Shown here: positions 1 to 8,405 of the stretch, in pieces
How positions within the stretch are numbered: position 1 is the stretch's first letter
Layout of the letters: each line of letters opens with the position of its first letter
Source: an uncultured Muribaculaceae bacterium
GTDB lineage: Bacteria; Pseudomonadota; Alphaproteobacteria; Rs-D84
Assembly: GCA_965231035.1 (NCBI GenBank)
Contig: OZ246409.1
Coordinates: 511,101 to 543,100, forward strand
Direction of reading: 5' to 3'
Length of the DNA: 32,000 nt
Notes under the pieces: model-generated
The model's database searches: none
The model's input: the letters and a program-made list of their open reading frames with translations, nothing else
Told to the model about the DNA's origin: nothing
Program-made: the position numbers and the translations under genes

Positions 1-140
1 GTTTTTTCATTATGAAATGGACAGCAACCCCAGTAATTTTGACCTTTTTTTGCCAAGGGTACACGTTTACCAACAACGTCCACAATTGATAGACGTTCAC
101 GTAGTTCATCAGTAAAATTGCGGTCATAATTATTTGGCAT
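1..140 (-). CDS. dnaG: DNA primase, N-terminal fragment (continues beyond window start)
   Basis: The minus-strand ATG lies at 140..138. My translation is MPNNYDRNFTDELRERLSIVDVVGKRVPLAKKGQNYWGCCPFHNEKT, which matches the CHC2 zinc-finger N-terminus of bacterial primase (CPFHxEKT). It is too short for the supplied ORF track. It starts 12 nt after the topA stop. Confidence 0.85.
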   Translation of the reverse strand, partial: MPNNYDRNFTDELRERLSIVDVVGKRVPLAKKGQNYWGCCPFHNEK

Positions 141-152
141 TAACTTTTTATT

Positions 153-2408
153 CTATTTCTTTCTACCCCAGGATTTTTTAGCACTTGGTTTTTTATTGTT
201 AATTAAATCAGCAGCGGTTGCCAAATCAGGTTGCTCTTTCACACTGACATTAACTTTGTTTGATGAAATGTATGCACCATAACGACCTTCGGCATAATAC
301 AAAATAGGTTTATCTGTTTTTGGGTTGATGCCCAACTCGATACCTTCGGCTTTTTTCTTTTCCCCAGATAAGAGTTCATTAGCAATTTCTAAAGTAATTG
401 TGTCAGCATTATATTTTTTTGCAGATGCGTTTTTTTTGCCATCTGTAACATATGGGCCAAAACGACCGGTTTTGAATTTAATTCCATTACCTAAATCTTT
501 TTCTGATGCACCGGCTTTTTCTTCAGAATTTTCACCATTTACCGGCATATTTGACAGTTTTTGAGTATAATCACAAGTTGGATAGTTTGAACAACCTATA
601 AAAGCACCATATTTAGACAACTTTAAAGAAAGTGCTCCACCACATTTTGGACACTTATCGCCGGCTTTTTTGAATAAATGTTCATACATGTTTTTATTAA
701 TTTCATCAATAATTTCGGTTGTTTTAATGTCTTTTGCGGAATCAATCATCTTTTGGGTTGGTTGCCAAAACTCGGATAAAGCCGGTGTTTTTGCAACTTT
801 TCCATTTGAAACATCGTCCAAAGTATCTTCGGTCTTAGCAGTAAAATTAACATCAACCAGGTCAGGAAAATACTTTGACAGATATGCAGCAATGACCCAA
901 CCGCCTGATGTTGGCGAAAAACGGCGCTGTTTATCCTGTTCTACATAGTTTCTATCAACAATAGTGCTCATAATAGCAGCATAAGTTGATGGTCGACCTA
1001 TTCCAAGCTCTTCCAGCTTTTTTACCAGTGAAGCTTCGGTATATTTGGCTGGCGGTTGAGTGAAATGTTGATCTGGGGTCAGTTTTTTAATAGTTATAAA
1101 ATCACCCACAGATAATGTTGGTAATTTTTCTTCAGCGTCATCATCAGATGAATCATCAGTATCTTCTTGATAAACCTTCATAAATCCATCAAATGTTCGG
1201 GTTGTTCCAACCGCATGAAAGGTGGCTAACTTTTTATTATCTTGAATATCCACAGAAACACTGTCAAATTCGGCGTTTGTCATTTGGCATGCAATTGTGC
1301 GTTTCCAAATAAGGTCATAAAGTTTTATTTCATCACCTTCTGCGCTGCAAGCCGCAGAATCAAAGTGTGTAGGGCGAATTGCTTCGTGGGCTTCTTGGGC
1401 ATTTTTTGACTTAGTTACATATATATTTGGTGTTTCTGGCAGGAAGTTTTTACCGTATTCATGTTCAATAAAGCCCTGAATTCCGGTAATACTGTCAATA
1501 GACAGGTTGGTTGAATCGGTTCTCATATAGGTTATTAGACCTTGCTCATAAAGTCGCTGGGCGGCAGCCATAGTGCGTTTGGAGCTGAAATAAAGCTTCC
1601 TGGCAGCCTCTTGTTGAAGGGTGCTGGTAGTGAACGGAGCCGCAGGTTTTCGGGATATTTTGCGTTTTTCTAGTAAAATTACAGATGCGGCAATAGGTAC
1701 TTGCAATTTTGATAAAATATTATCCATTTGACCCTTAGATTCAATGGTCATCTTGTCGATTTTTTGCCCGTTTTCTGCGAAAAGTTTGGCATTAAAGGAA
1801 TTTTGTCCTTTTTCGCATATTGCGGTCAGTGACCAATACTCTTTTGGTACAAATTTTTCGATTTCTCGCTCGCGATCTACCACTAATTTGACCGCAACTG
1901 ACTGTACACGACCAGCAGATTTTCCCAGATTCCTGCGCCATAGAAGCGGAGAAATGCCAAAACCAATCAAATAATCCAAAGCACGGCGTACAAGATAGGC
2001 ATCAACCAGGTTTTGATCAATTTCACGTGGGTTTTTGATTGCTTCTTCAACTGCTTTCTTGGTTATTTCATGGAAAGCTACACGGTATATCTTCTTGTTT
2101 TTAAGTGCTTTTTTATCTTCTAAGATGTCAAACAGGTGCCATGCGATTGCTTCACCTTCTCGATCAGGGTCACTTGCCAAATAAACAGCATCTGCCTTTT
2201 TAAGTTCGTCCAGAATCAGTTTTATCTGTTTTTCTTTGCCTGGCATAATTTGCCACTTCATAGCGTAATTGTTTTTTACATCAACACTGCCGTTTTCTGG
2301 AACCAAATCACGAACATGGCCAATAGAGGCTACAACGCGCCAGCCAGTACCCAAATACTTTTCAATAGTTTTTGCTTTTGAAGGGGATTCTACGATTAAC
2401 AGATTCAT
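153..2408 (-). CDS. topA: DNA topoisomerase I (type IA)
   Basis: 751 aa. Toprim N-terminus MNLLIVESPSKAKTIEKYLG, DPDREGEAI, active-site region GLITYMRTDS, one C-terminal Cys4 zinc ribbon (CPKCGG...CSNYPTC), and a Lys-rich tail. Confidence 0.97.
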   Translation of the reverse strand: MNLLIVESPSKAKTIEKYLGTGWRVVASIGHVRDLVPENGSVDVKNNYAMKWQIMPGKEKQIKLILDELKKADAVYLASDPDREGEAIAWHLFDILEDKKALKNKKIYRVAFHEITKKAVEEAIKNPREIDQNLVDAYLVRRALDYLIGFGISPLLWRRNLGKSAGRVQSVAVKLVVDREREIEKFVPKEYWSLTAICEKGQNSFNAKLFAENGQKIDKMTIESKGQMDNILSKLQVPIAASVILLEKRKISRKPAAPFTTSTLQQEAARKLYFSSKRTMAAAQRLYEQGLITYMRTDSTNLSIDSITGIQGFIEHEYGKNFLPETPNIYVTKSKNAQEAHEAIRPTHFDSAACSAEGDEIKLYDLIWKRTIACQMTNAEFDSVSVDIQDNKKLATFHAVGTTRTFDGFMKVYQEDTDDSSDDDAEEKLPTLSVGDFITIKKLTPDQHFTQPPAKYTEASLVKKLEELGIGRPSTYAAIMSTIVDRNYVEQDKQRRFSPTSGGWVIAAYLSKYFPDLVDVNFTAKTEDTLDDVSNGKVAKTPALSEFWQPTQKMIDSAKDIKTTEIIDEINKNMYEHLFKKAGDKCPKCGGALSLKLSKYGAFIGCSNYPTCDYTQKLSNMPVNGENSEEKAGASEKDLGNGIKFKTGRFGPYVTDGKKNASAKKYNADTITLEIANELLSGEKKKAEGIELGINPKTDKPILYYAEGRYGAYISSNKVNVSVKEQPDLATAADLINNKKPSAKKSWGRKK

Positions 2409-2411
2409 TTA

Positions 2412-3557
2412 TTAAAAGCCTTTGGCTGAAAGTTGCTGGTCTTTGTTTATATGCGCGTTTTGGCATAAACCAAAACCAAACATCAGGGATAATAAACTGC
2501 TGCCTCCGAATGACATCAGTGGCAACGGTACCCCAACGGTTGGTATTAAACCCAAAACCATAGAGATATTTATAAAGTAATAAATGAAAAAGTTCAACAT
2601 AAAACCAAAACAGAATAATTGCCCAAATCGATTACGGCACGTTTTTGCGATCCAAAATAGAACAGCAATAATAATTCCATAAACAAGCAATAAAAAGAAA
2701 CTTCCAAAAAATCCAAATTCTTCACCCAGCATTGTGAAAATAAAGTCAGTTTGCTTTTCTGGCAAAAAAGATTGTTGCGATTGTGTACCGGATAAATAAC
2801 CTTTACCTGTAATTCCCCCACTGCCAAAAGCGATTTTCGCCTGATTTATTTGATAACCAGATCCCTTAGCATCATGGTCAGGGTTAACAAAGGTAATAAT
2901 TCTTTCACGTTGATAATCATGCATACCACCAAACCAAACAACCGGTGCCGCCAAAACTGCTAAAATTCCAGCAATAATAAACCATTCTTTTTTTGCACCA
3001 GTTATAAAGAACATAACAATTGTAATTAACCCCAAAGAAATGGCAGTTCCCAAATCTGGCTGTGCGACTATTAAAACAAAAGGTAAAATCATCAAAATAA
3101 CCGGGATAATGTAATTTTTTGACTCGATGGAATCTCGCCAGTTCATCCACGAGAAATGTCTTGCCAACACCAACACCAAAGATATTTTTATAAACTCTGA
3201 TGGTTGTATGTGAAAAAAACCAATATCTAACCATCTTTGGGCACCCATCCCAGTATGGCCGACAAAAGTAACCAAAACAATTAATAGAAAAGCAACAGCA
3301 TAAATAAAATATGCTGATTTTATCCATAATTTTATATTTGTGAAGGCTGCGAAAAAGAAAATAACAAAGCCCACCAATATTTTCATCAATTGAGAAAAAG
3401 CAAATGGATGCCAAGAACCACCACCAGCAGAAAATAAAACCAGAATAGAAGTTATCAGAATTATAACCATAGGAGCAAATAATACCCAAGAAAACCTTTT
3501 CAATTTTTCAGAAAAGGTCATCATGTTTGAATTTGAAACACGTGTCTGTCTAACCAT
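2412..3557 (-). CDS. rodA: SEDS-family peptidoglycan glycosyltransferase RodA
   Basis: 381 aa polytopic membrane protein with FtsW/RodA-like sequence (GAQRWL, QPSEF.K, PDLGTA, GSGY.Q...AFGSGG..GKG, LPE..TDFIF). It overlaps the mrdA 3' end by 8 nt, which is the canonical mrdA-rodA pairing. Confidence 0.9.
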   Translation of the reverse strand: MVRQTRVSNSNMMTFSEKLKRFSWVLFAPMVIILITSILVLFSAGGGSWHPFAFSQLMKILVGFVIFFFAAFTNIKLWIKSAYFIYAVAFLLIVLVTFVGHTGMGAQRWLDIGFFHIQPSEFIKISLVLVLARHFSWMNWRDSIESKNYIIPVILMILPFVLIVAQPDLGTAISLGLITIVMFFITGAKKEWFIIAGILAVLAAPVVWFGGMHDYQRERIITFVNPDHDAKGSGYQINQAKIAFGSGGITGKGYLSGTQSQQSFLPEKQTDFIFTMLGEEFGFFGSFFLLLVYGIIIAVLFWIAKTCRNRFGQLFCFGFMLNFFIYYFINISMVLGLIPTVGVPLPLMSFGGSSLLSLMFGFGLCQNAHINKDQQLSAKGF

Positions 3558-5349
3558 TTTTTAATATCTCTCTCATTGTTTCAGCAGCAACACGTGCAGC
3601 AACCGAGCTTGTGCCAGAGTGTTCTGTCACAGTACAAATAACATATCTTGGATTATTTGTTGGAGCATATCCGACAAACAATCCATGGTTTCTCATATTC
3701 CAATTTAATTGTTCGTTTGTTAAAACGCCTGTTTCGTGTTCTGATCGTGAAATATTACGAACCTGTGAAGTTCCAGTCTTACCACCCATTTTTTTACCAT
3801 TAATATTTACAGCACTGCCAGACGCAGTACCACCTGTTTGTAAAACCTGTTCTAGACCCGTAAGAACGGCACGTATATTTTTCTGTTGCAGTTTTAAATC
3901 ATCAAATTTTTCCAATTCACCGTCTTCAATTAATCTTGGTTTTACTTCTTTATTAGAAGCGACACGCGCCATCATAATTGCCAATTGTAAGCAATTTGTA
4001 AGTATAAAACCCTGACCAATACCAGAAATAATAGTATCACCATGAACCCATGTTGACCCAATATTTTTTTCTTTCCATCTTCTGTCTGGCATAATCCCAG
4101 TCATTTCCTTTGGCAAAATATTGTGCATAAATTTTTCAGTGAAACCAAGTTTCAAAGCCATTTCTTTTATAGCATCAATACCAATACGCAAAGCAATTTG
4201 ATAAAAATAAACGTCACAGGAATGTTTAATTGCCCCATATAAATCAACGGCACCATGACCTTTTTTCTCCCAGCAATAATAACGTCTGTCACCGTAATCC
4301 CAATATCCTGGGCAGAATATTTTTTCGGTTGGTAACAAAGCGCCAGATTCCAAAGCAGCCAAGGCAACAATTATTTTGAATGTGGATCCTGGGGGATATA
4401 AACCTTCCAGAGTTTTATTCATAAATGGTTTTGCAATATCATTACGTAAAGAATCTAAATATTCATCACCATCATCATTACGAAAATTGTTAGGATCAAA
4501 ACTGGGGGCGGATGCCATTGCCAGAATGTTTCCAGTTTTTATATCAATAGCAACACCACAACCAGAACGATTTGCATTCAAACCATCTTGTAATTTCTTT
4601 TGAACATTTTCGCGAATTGTTGTTTTAAGGTTTTTACCATTTTTGGCGGCTACGAACTGGGATTTATCTTCACCAGTTGTACGACCAACAGCATTTGCAA
4701 TCATAACAGTTTGACCTGGATCACCTTTTAGTGTTTCATTAAAAGATTTTTCCAATCCTGTAATTCCAGTTGTAAAAAATGGTGCGTTTGGAACTGGTTT
4801 GTCGGGAATACCAACATATCCAAATATTTGTGCACCAGCATACCCAAGTTCGTAAATTCTGGTGTAACCACTTTTTATATGAAGTCCAGGAATGTTTTGT
4901 GCCTGCAATTCTGCCAGCTTTTTCCAATCAGAATTTTCACTGACCAAAACAGGTTGAAACTTAGCTTGTTTTTTTATTGTTCTGTAAATTCTTTCGATTG
5001 TTTTATTACGTAATTTTAATTCACGAGATACCAAAGAAATCAAAGCATCAACATTTTCAGTTTCTTCTGGTATTAAGTATATTCTGTAAATAGGCGCATC
5101 ACGTGAAATTGGGACACCAGATTCAGAAAGTATTTTTCCGCGTTCTGGCATATTTATTTGTATTCTAAAAGAGTTGTTTTCAGATTTGCGTTTATAATCT
5201 TTGTAATCAAATACCTGCATTTGCAGCATACGCATAATCAAAAGCGAAGTTAAAACAGCACCTGCCCCTAGAAACATGGCAGAACGTCTATCAAAAAGGC
5301 GTGCGACTTCGGAATCAATCATTATCAACTCGTTTTGCAATTGCAACAA
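3550..5349 (-). CDS. mrdA: Penicillin-binding protein 2 (elongasome transpeptidase)
   Basis: 599 aa with an N-terminal TM anchor and class B PBP motifs STFK, SCD and KTGT. It sits between mreD and rodA. An alternative start ATG at 5322 (MIDSEVARL...) would reduce the overlap with mreD from 35 nt to 8 nt. Confidence 0.92.
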   Translation of the reverse strand: MLQLQNELIMIDSEVARLFDRRSAMFLGAGAVLTSLLIMRMLQMQVFDYKDYKRKSENNSFRIQINMPERGKILSESGVPISRDAPIYRIYLIPEETENVDALISLVSRELKLRNKTIERIYRTIKKQAKFQPVLVSENSDWKKLAELQAQNIPGLHIKSGYTRIYELGYAGAQIFGYVGIPDKPVPNAPFFTTGITGLEKSFNETLKGDPGQTVMIANAVGRTTGEDKSQFVAAKNGKNLKTTIRENVQKKLQDGLNANRSGCGVAIDIKTGNILAMASAPSFDPNNFRNDDGDEYLDSLRNDIAKPFMNKTLEGLYPPGSTFKIIVALAALESGALLPTEKIFCPGYWDYGDRRYYCWEKKGHGAVDLYGAIKHSCDVYFYQIALRIGIDAIKEMALKLGFTEKFMHNILPKEMTGIMPDRRWKEKNIGSTWVHGDTIISGIGQGFILTNCLQLAIMMARVASNKEVKPRLIEDGELEKFDDLKLQQKNIRAVLTGLEQVLQTGGTASGSAVNINGKKMGGKTGTSQVRNISRSEHETGVLTNEQLNWNMRNHGLFVGYAPTNNPRYVICTVTEHSGTSSVAARVAAETMREILKNG

Positions 5350-5770
5350 AAGGAATATACAATGCTGTTATCCATAAAATAAACCATATTGCACGGATAA
5401 AGCCGGTAAAACTCCAGTTAAATATTATAAGTATCAAAGAAGCAATACTGACATAACCAACAAGTACCAATATTCCATCATTTTTTTGTCTGGCCAAATC
5501 AACAAAGTTTTGCAAGCCATTTGCAGCATAAAAAAGACAATACATAAATGTCCAAAATAAAACAGTATCAAATTTATAATCTATCAGGAAGCAAAACAGA
5601 ATTGAAAAAGGAACAAACCAATCAGTTGGTTTTATAAAAGAATAATAAAAGATTGGAATTAATGCCAAAAGCCCACCAGGGTTCCAAAAAGGAACCGACA
5701 AGTGCCACAGAACCAAAACTGATAAAAAAGGAAATGCGGATTTAAAATATGCGGCAATTTTTTTCATCAT
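5315..5770 (-). CDS. mreD: Rod shape-determining protein MreD (small polytopic membrane protein)
   Basis: 151 aa and very hydrophobic. It occupies the canonical position between mreC and mrdA, with an ATGA overlap to mreC. The call rests mainly on position and topology. Confidence 0.7.
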   Translation of the reverse strand: MMKKIAAYFKSAFPFLSVLVLWHLSVPFWNPGGLLALIPIFYYSFIKPTDWFVPFSILFCFLIDYKFDTVLFWTFMYCLFYAANGLQNFVDLARQKNDGILVLVGYVSIASLILIIFNWSFTGFIRAIWFILWITALYIPFVAIAKRVDND

Positions 5771-6588
5771 TTGTATTTATCTTTACTGCTGAATTTTAAA
5801 ACCATAACACTGGATAATTTTTCTGGCGATACAATTTTTACGTCTTCGTGACTTTTCATTTCGCCAACAGGTATTCCATCAGGTAAAACACCACGAATAT
5901 TACTGGTGATAAGTTTTAATCCCTTTGTAGCTTGGAACTCAGGATCGCTAAAAAATCCCATAGTAGGTGTTTCTGAACCATTTCCCTGCAAGAATCCATA
6001 AACTTCGGACCCAGCGATACGAACAGGTATATTCGACTTTGTATCTGTCAAAGAACGAACTTTTGCAAAACTTTCACCCATTTCTGATACAACACCAATC
6101 AAGGCACCTTCAAATGATATGACAACCATATCTTTTTCTATACCAGACTTTGAACCCTTGTTTATAAAAAACGTATCATGGTTAAAAGCTTCGTTTTCAT
6201 AAGTAATATTTGCAACAATTGACTTTTCCGGTGTTTCACGAACAATATCTAATTCTTGATTCAATTTTTGGTTTTCGGATATAGCTATATCACAATCATT
6301 CTTTTGACGTATTGCTTCGCTAAGCTTTGCCTTTAATTCTTCGTTTTCAGTTCTGATTGTAGAAAGTTCACGAATTCCAGAAATCGCATTTCCAACAGCA
6401 TGTATTGGCCAAGTAACAACATCACCAACCCATTCTGTAATCGGTAGAACAAAACCAGATACACCATTCATAACCTTGTAATCAGGTTTATCAATTAAAA
6501 GATATATCAAAAATACCGGTAAAATAGCGGCTGTTATTGCAGATTTTATAACATGACGCACACGAGAAGACATTTTTTTCTGGTTCAT
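5767..6588 (-). CDS. mreC: Rod shape-determining protein MreC
   Basis: 273 aa with an N-terminal TM anchor, a coiled-coil segment (ENEELKAKLSEAIRQKNDCD...), and a C-terminal beta-rich domain with a G..IG.V / G.VYG..QG pattern typical of MreC. Confidence 0.88.
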   Translation of the reverse strand: MNQKKMSSRVRHVIKSAITAAILPVFLIYLLIDKPDYKVMNGVSGFVLPITEWVGDVVTWPIHAVGNAISGIRELSTIRTENEELKAKLSEAIRQKNDCDIAISENQKLNQELDIVRETPEKSIVANITYENEAFNHDTFFINKGSKSGIEKDMVVISFEGALIGVVSEMGESFAKVRSLTDTKSNIPVRIAGSEVYGFLQGNGSETPTMGFFSDPEFQATKGLKLITSNIRGVLPDGIPVGEMKSHEDVKIVSPEKLSSVMVLKFSSKDKYK

Positions 6589-6684
6589 AGATTTTTACCA
6601 TTTAATTTGTTACACGGTGCACAGTCTAATATTTTAATCATCAAGATTCAATAAAAACTTGATTTTTAGATTAAATATGTCAAA

Positions 6685-6735
6685 ATACCCAAGCATCCGA
6701 AGTGGCAAGGCATTGCCATCAGGGTCAGTTGGTAT
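6685..6735 (+). promoter_or_regulatory. Structured, locally GC-rich 5' leader upstream of rpmI-rplT (candidate L20-responsive element)
   Basis: Nested helices are visible by eye. The outer helix pairs ATACC(C)AA 6685-6692 with TTGGTAT 6729-6735. The middle helix pairs ATCC 6695-6698 with GGGT 6722-6725. The apical hairpin is TGGCAA-GGCA-TTGCCA at 6703-6718. The structure ends 7 nt before the rpmI Shine-Dalgarno AAGGA (6743-6747). Confidence 0.35.
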
Positions 6736-6753
6736 CTAAACAAAGGATAGAAA

Positions 6754-6960
6754 ATGCCAAAAATGAAAACCAAATCGTACATGAAAAAACGTGCGAGCAT
6801 GACAGCAACGGGCAAAATCCGTGTTGCCAGAAACAGCCACAAGAAACTGTTGCGTAAAAAATCCAACCGTGCAAACAACCAGGGTTCCAAGGCGCAGTAC
6901 TTGAATGATAACATGATGGGACAGGCCAAAATCTTGACCCCATACGGATTAAAGAAATAA
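6754..6960 (+). CDS. rpmI: 50S ribosomal protein L35
   Basis: 68 aa, MPKMKTKSYMKKRASMTATGKIRVARNSHKK..., the typical L35 N-terminus. AAGGA lies 6 nt upstream of the ATG. Confidence 0.95.
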   Translation: MPKMKTKSYMKKRASMTATGKIRVARNSHKKLLRKKSNRANNQGSKAQYLNDNMMGQAKILTPYGLKK

Positions 6961-6975
6961 TAAGGGGCTGAAAAA

Positions 6976-7341
6976 ATGGCAAGAGTAAAACGCGGTATTA
7001 CCGTTAAACAAAAACATAAAAAAATTCTGCAACGTGCCAAGGGTTTCTTGGGTCGTCATCATTCGACATACAAGGCCGCACGTGAAAAAACTGAAAAAGC
7101 TGGTCAGTATGCTTATCGTGATCGTCGCGTTAAAAAACGTGATTTCAGATCATTGTGGATTGTTCGTATTAACGCAGCAGTCCGTTCTCATGGTCTGACA
7201 TACAGCCAATTCATGAATGGCTTGAAAAAGGCCGGGATTGAACTGGATCGTAAAGTATTGGCAGAAATGGCATACGCAGGCGATTCAAACTTCGATAAAT
7301 TGATCGAATCTGCAAAACGATTTATCAAAACTGAAAAATAA
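6976..7341 (+). CDS. rplT: 50S ribosomal protein L20
   Basis: 121 aa, [26 protein letters not shown]....[36 protein letters not shown], an unmistakable L20. Confidence 0.97.
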   Translation: MARVKRGITVKQKHKKILQRAKGFLGRHHSTYKAAREKTEKAGQYAYRDRRVKKRDFRSLWIVRINAAVRSHGLTYSQFMNGLKKAGIELDRKVLAEMAYAGDSNFDKLIESAKRFIKTEK

Positions 7342-7376
7342 TTTTCGGTGGCGATAATTTATGCAATGTTCTAGAA

Positions 7377-7401
7377 TAGCCACCGAACGGTGGCTATTTT
7401 T
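7377..7401 (+). terminator. Intrinsic terminator after rplT, upstream of pheS
   Basis: TAGCCAC(C)-GAAC-(G)GTGGCTA stem followed by TTTTT (7397-7401). See the finding about a competing upstream copy of the 3' arm. Confidence 0.7.
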
Positions 7402-7418
7402 ATATCAGGGAAAATACA

Positions 7419-8405
7419 ATGAAAGAATTAATAAAAGAATTATCAGATGCCAAGACCCCACAGGATTTGGATAATATAAAATCCAAATGGTTGGGTAAAA
7501 AGTCGGCCTTGCGGGCCAAATTTGACGACTTAAAGAATGTTCCGACTGAAAAACGCCAGGAAGTTGGTGCAGAATTAAATGCGGAACGTGTAAAAATTGA
7601 AGAATTGATTGAAAATGCAAAATCTGAAATTACAAAACGTATTCTGGATGAAAAACTGGCCAATGATAACTTTGATATGACCTTGCCGGGTGTTGGGGGT
7701 TCTGTGGGTAGTATGCACCCTGTAACAATTATTGAAGAAAAATGTATATCCGCACTTCGTACATTGGGTTTTGTACCAGTTCAAGGTCCAGAAATAGAAG
7801 AACCAAAATATAACTTTGATTTGTTGGATATTCCACCTCATCACCCCGCACGCGATATGCAGGATACATTCTGGATTAAAAAAGAAAAATTATTACCCAG
7901 AACACATACAACATCAGTTCAGTCGCGTTTTATGATGTCTTTGAATGGCGATGAATCCAAATTACCAATAAAAATAGTTTCCCCAGGACGTGCATATAGA
8001 AATGAAGCAATTGATGCTACACATCTTGCACTTTTTCACCAATTTGAAGGATTGTGGGTTGGGCATAATGTAAGAATATCTGAACTAAAAGGAACGATTA
8101 GTTTTATTTTGCGCGAGATTTATGGATTGGATGTAAAAATTCGTTTTAAACCTAAATTTTACCCTTATACCGAACCAAGTGTTGGGGCAGATATTGATTT
8201 GGGTGATGGTTGGGTAACAATTGTTGGTGCCGGAATGGTATCGCCCCAGGTTATGAAAAACTTTGGTTTTGATCCAGACAGGGTTTCAGGTTTTGCATTC
8301 GGTTTTGGGACATCCCGTTTGGCTGGTGAATTTGCAGATGCAAATATGCGTGAATTATATGGAATGGATTTACGAGTATTCAAAAATATCAAAGGTGTTA
8401 AATAA
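7419..8405 (+). CDS. pheS: Phenylalanine--tRNA ligase alpha subunit
   Basis: 328 aa with class II aaRS motifs: HP.RDMQDTFW, PGRAYRNE..DATH...FHQ.EG, FKPKFYPYTEPS, GAGMV.PQV. Confidence 0.97.
   Translation: MKELIKELSDAKTPQDLDNIKSKWLGKKSALRAKFDDLKNVPTEKRQEVGAELNAERVKIEELIENAKSEITKRILDEKLANDNFDMTLPGVGGSVGSMHPVTIIEEKCISALRTLGFVPVQGPEIEEPKYNFDLLDIPPHHPARDMQDTFWIKKEKLLPRTHTTSVQSRFMMSLNGDESKLPIKIVSPGRAYRNEAIDATHLALFHQFEGLWVGHNVRISELKGTISFILREIYGLDVKIRFKPKFYPYTEPSVGADIDLGDGWVTIVGAGMVSPQVMKNFGFDPDRVSGFAFGFGTSRLAGEFADANMRELYGMDLRVFKNIKGVK

Noticed and set aside
6666-7040. 124-aa and 85-aa minus-strand ORFs overlapping the rpmI/rplT region.
   Set aside because: They lie antisense to two highly conserved ribosomal protein genes. 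They have hydrophobic, nonsense-like composition and no SD.
7361-7474. 37-codon ORF (MQCSRIATERWLFLYQGKYNERINKRIIRCQDPTGFG) in the rplT-pheS spacer, considered as a pheM-like Phe-rich leader peptide.
   Set aside because: It has only 2 Phe with no tandem run, and no SD. It runs through the terminator and out of frame into pheS. It does not resemble a Phe-codon attenuation leader, so the alternative-pairing model was reported without a leader peptide.
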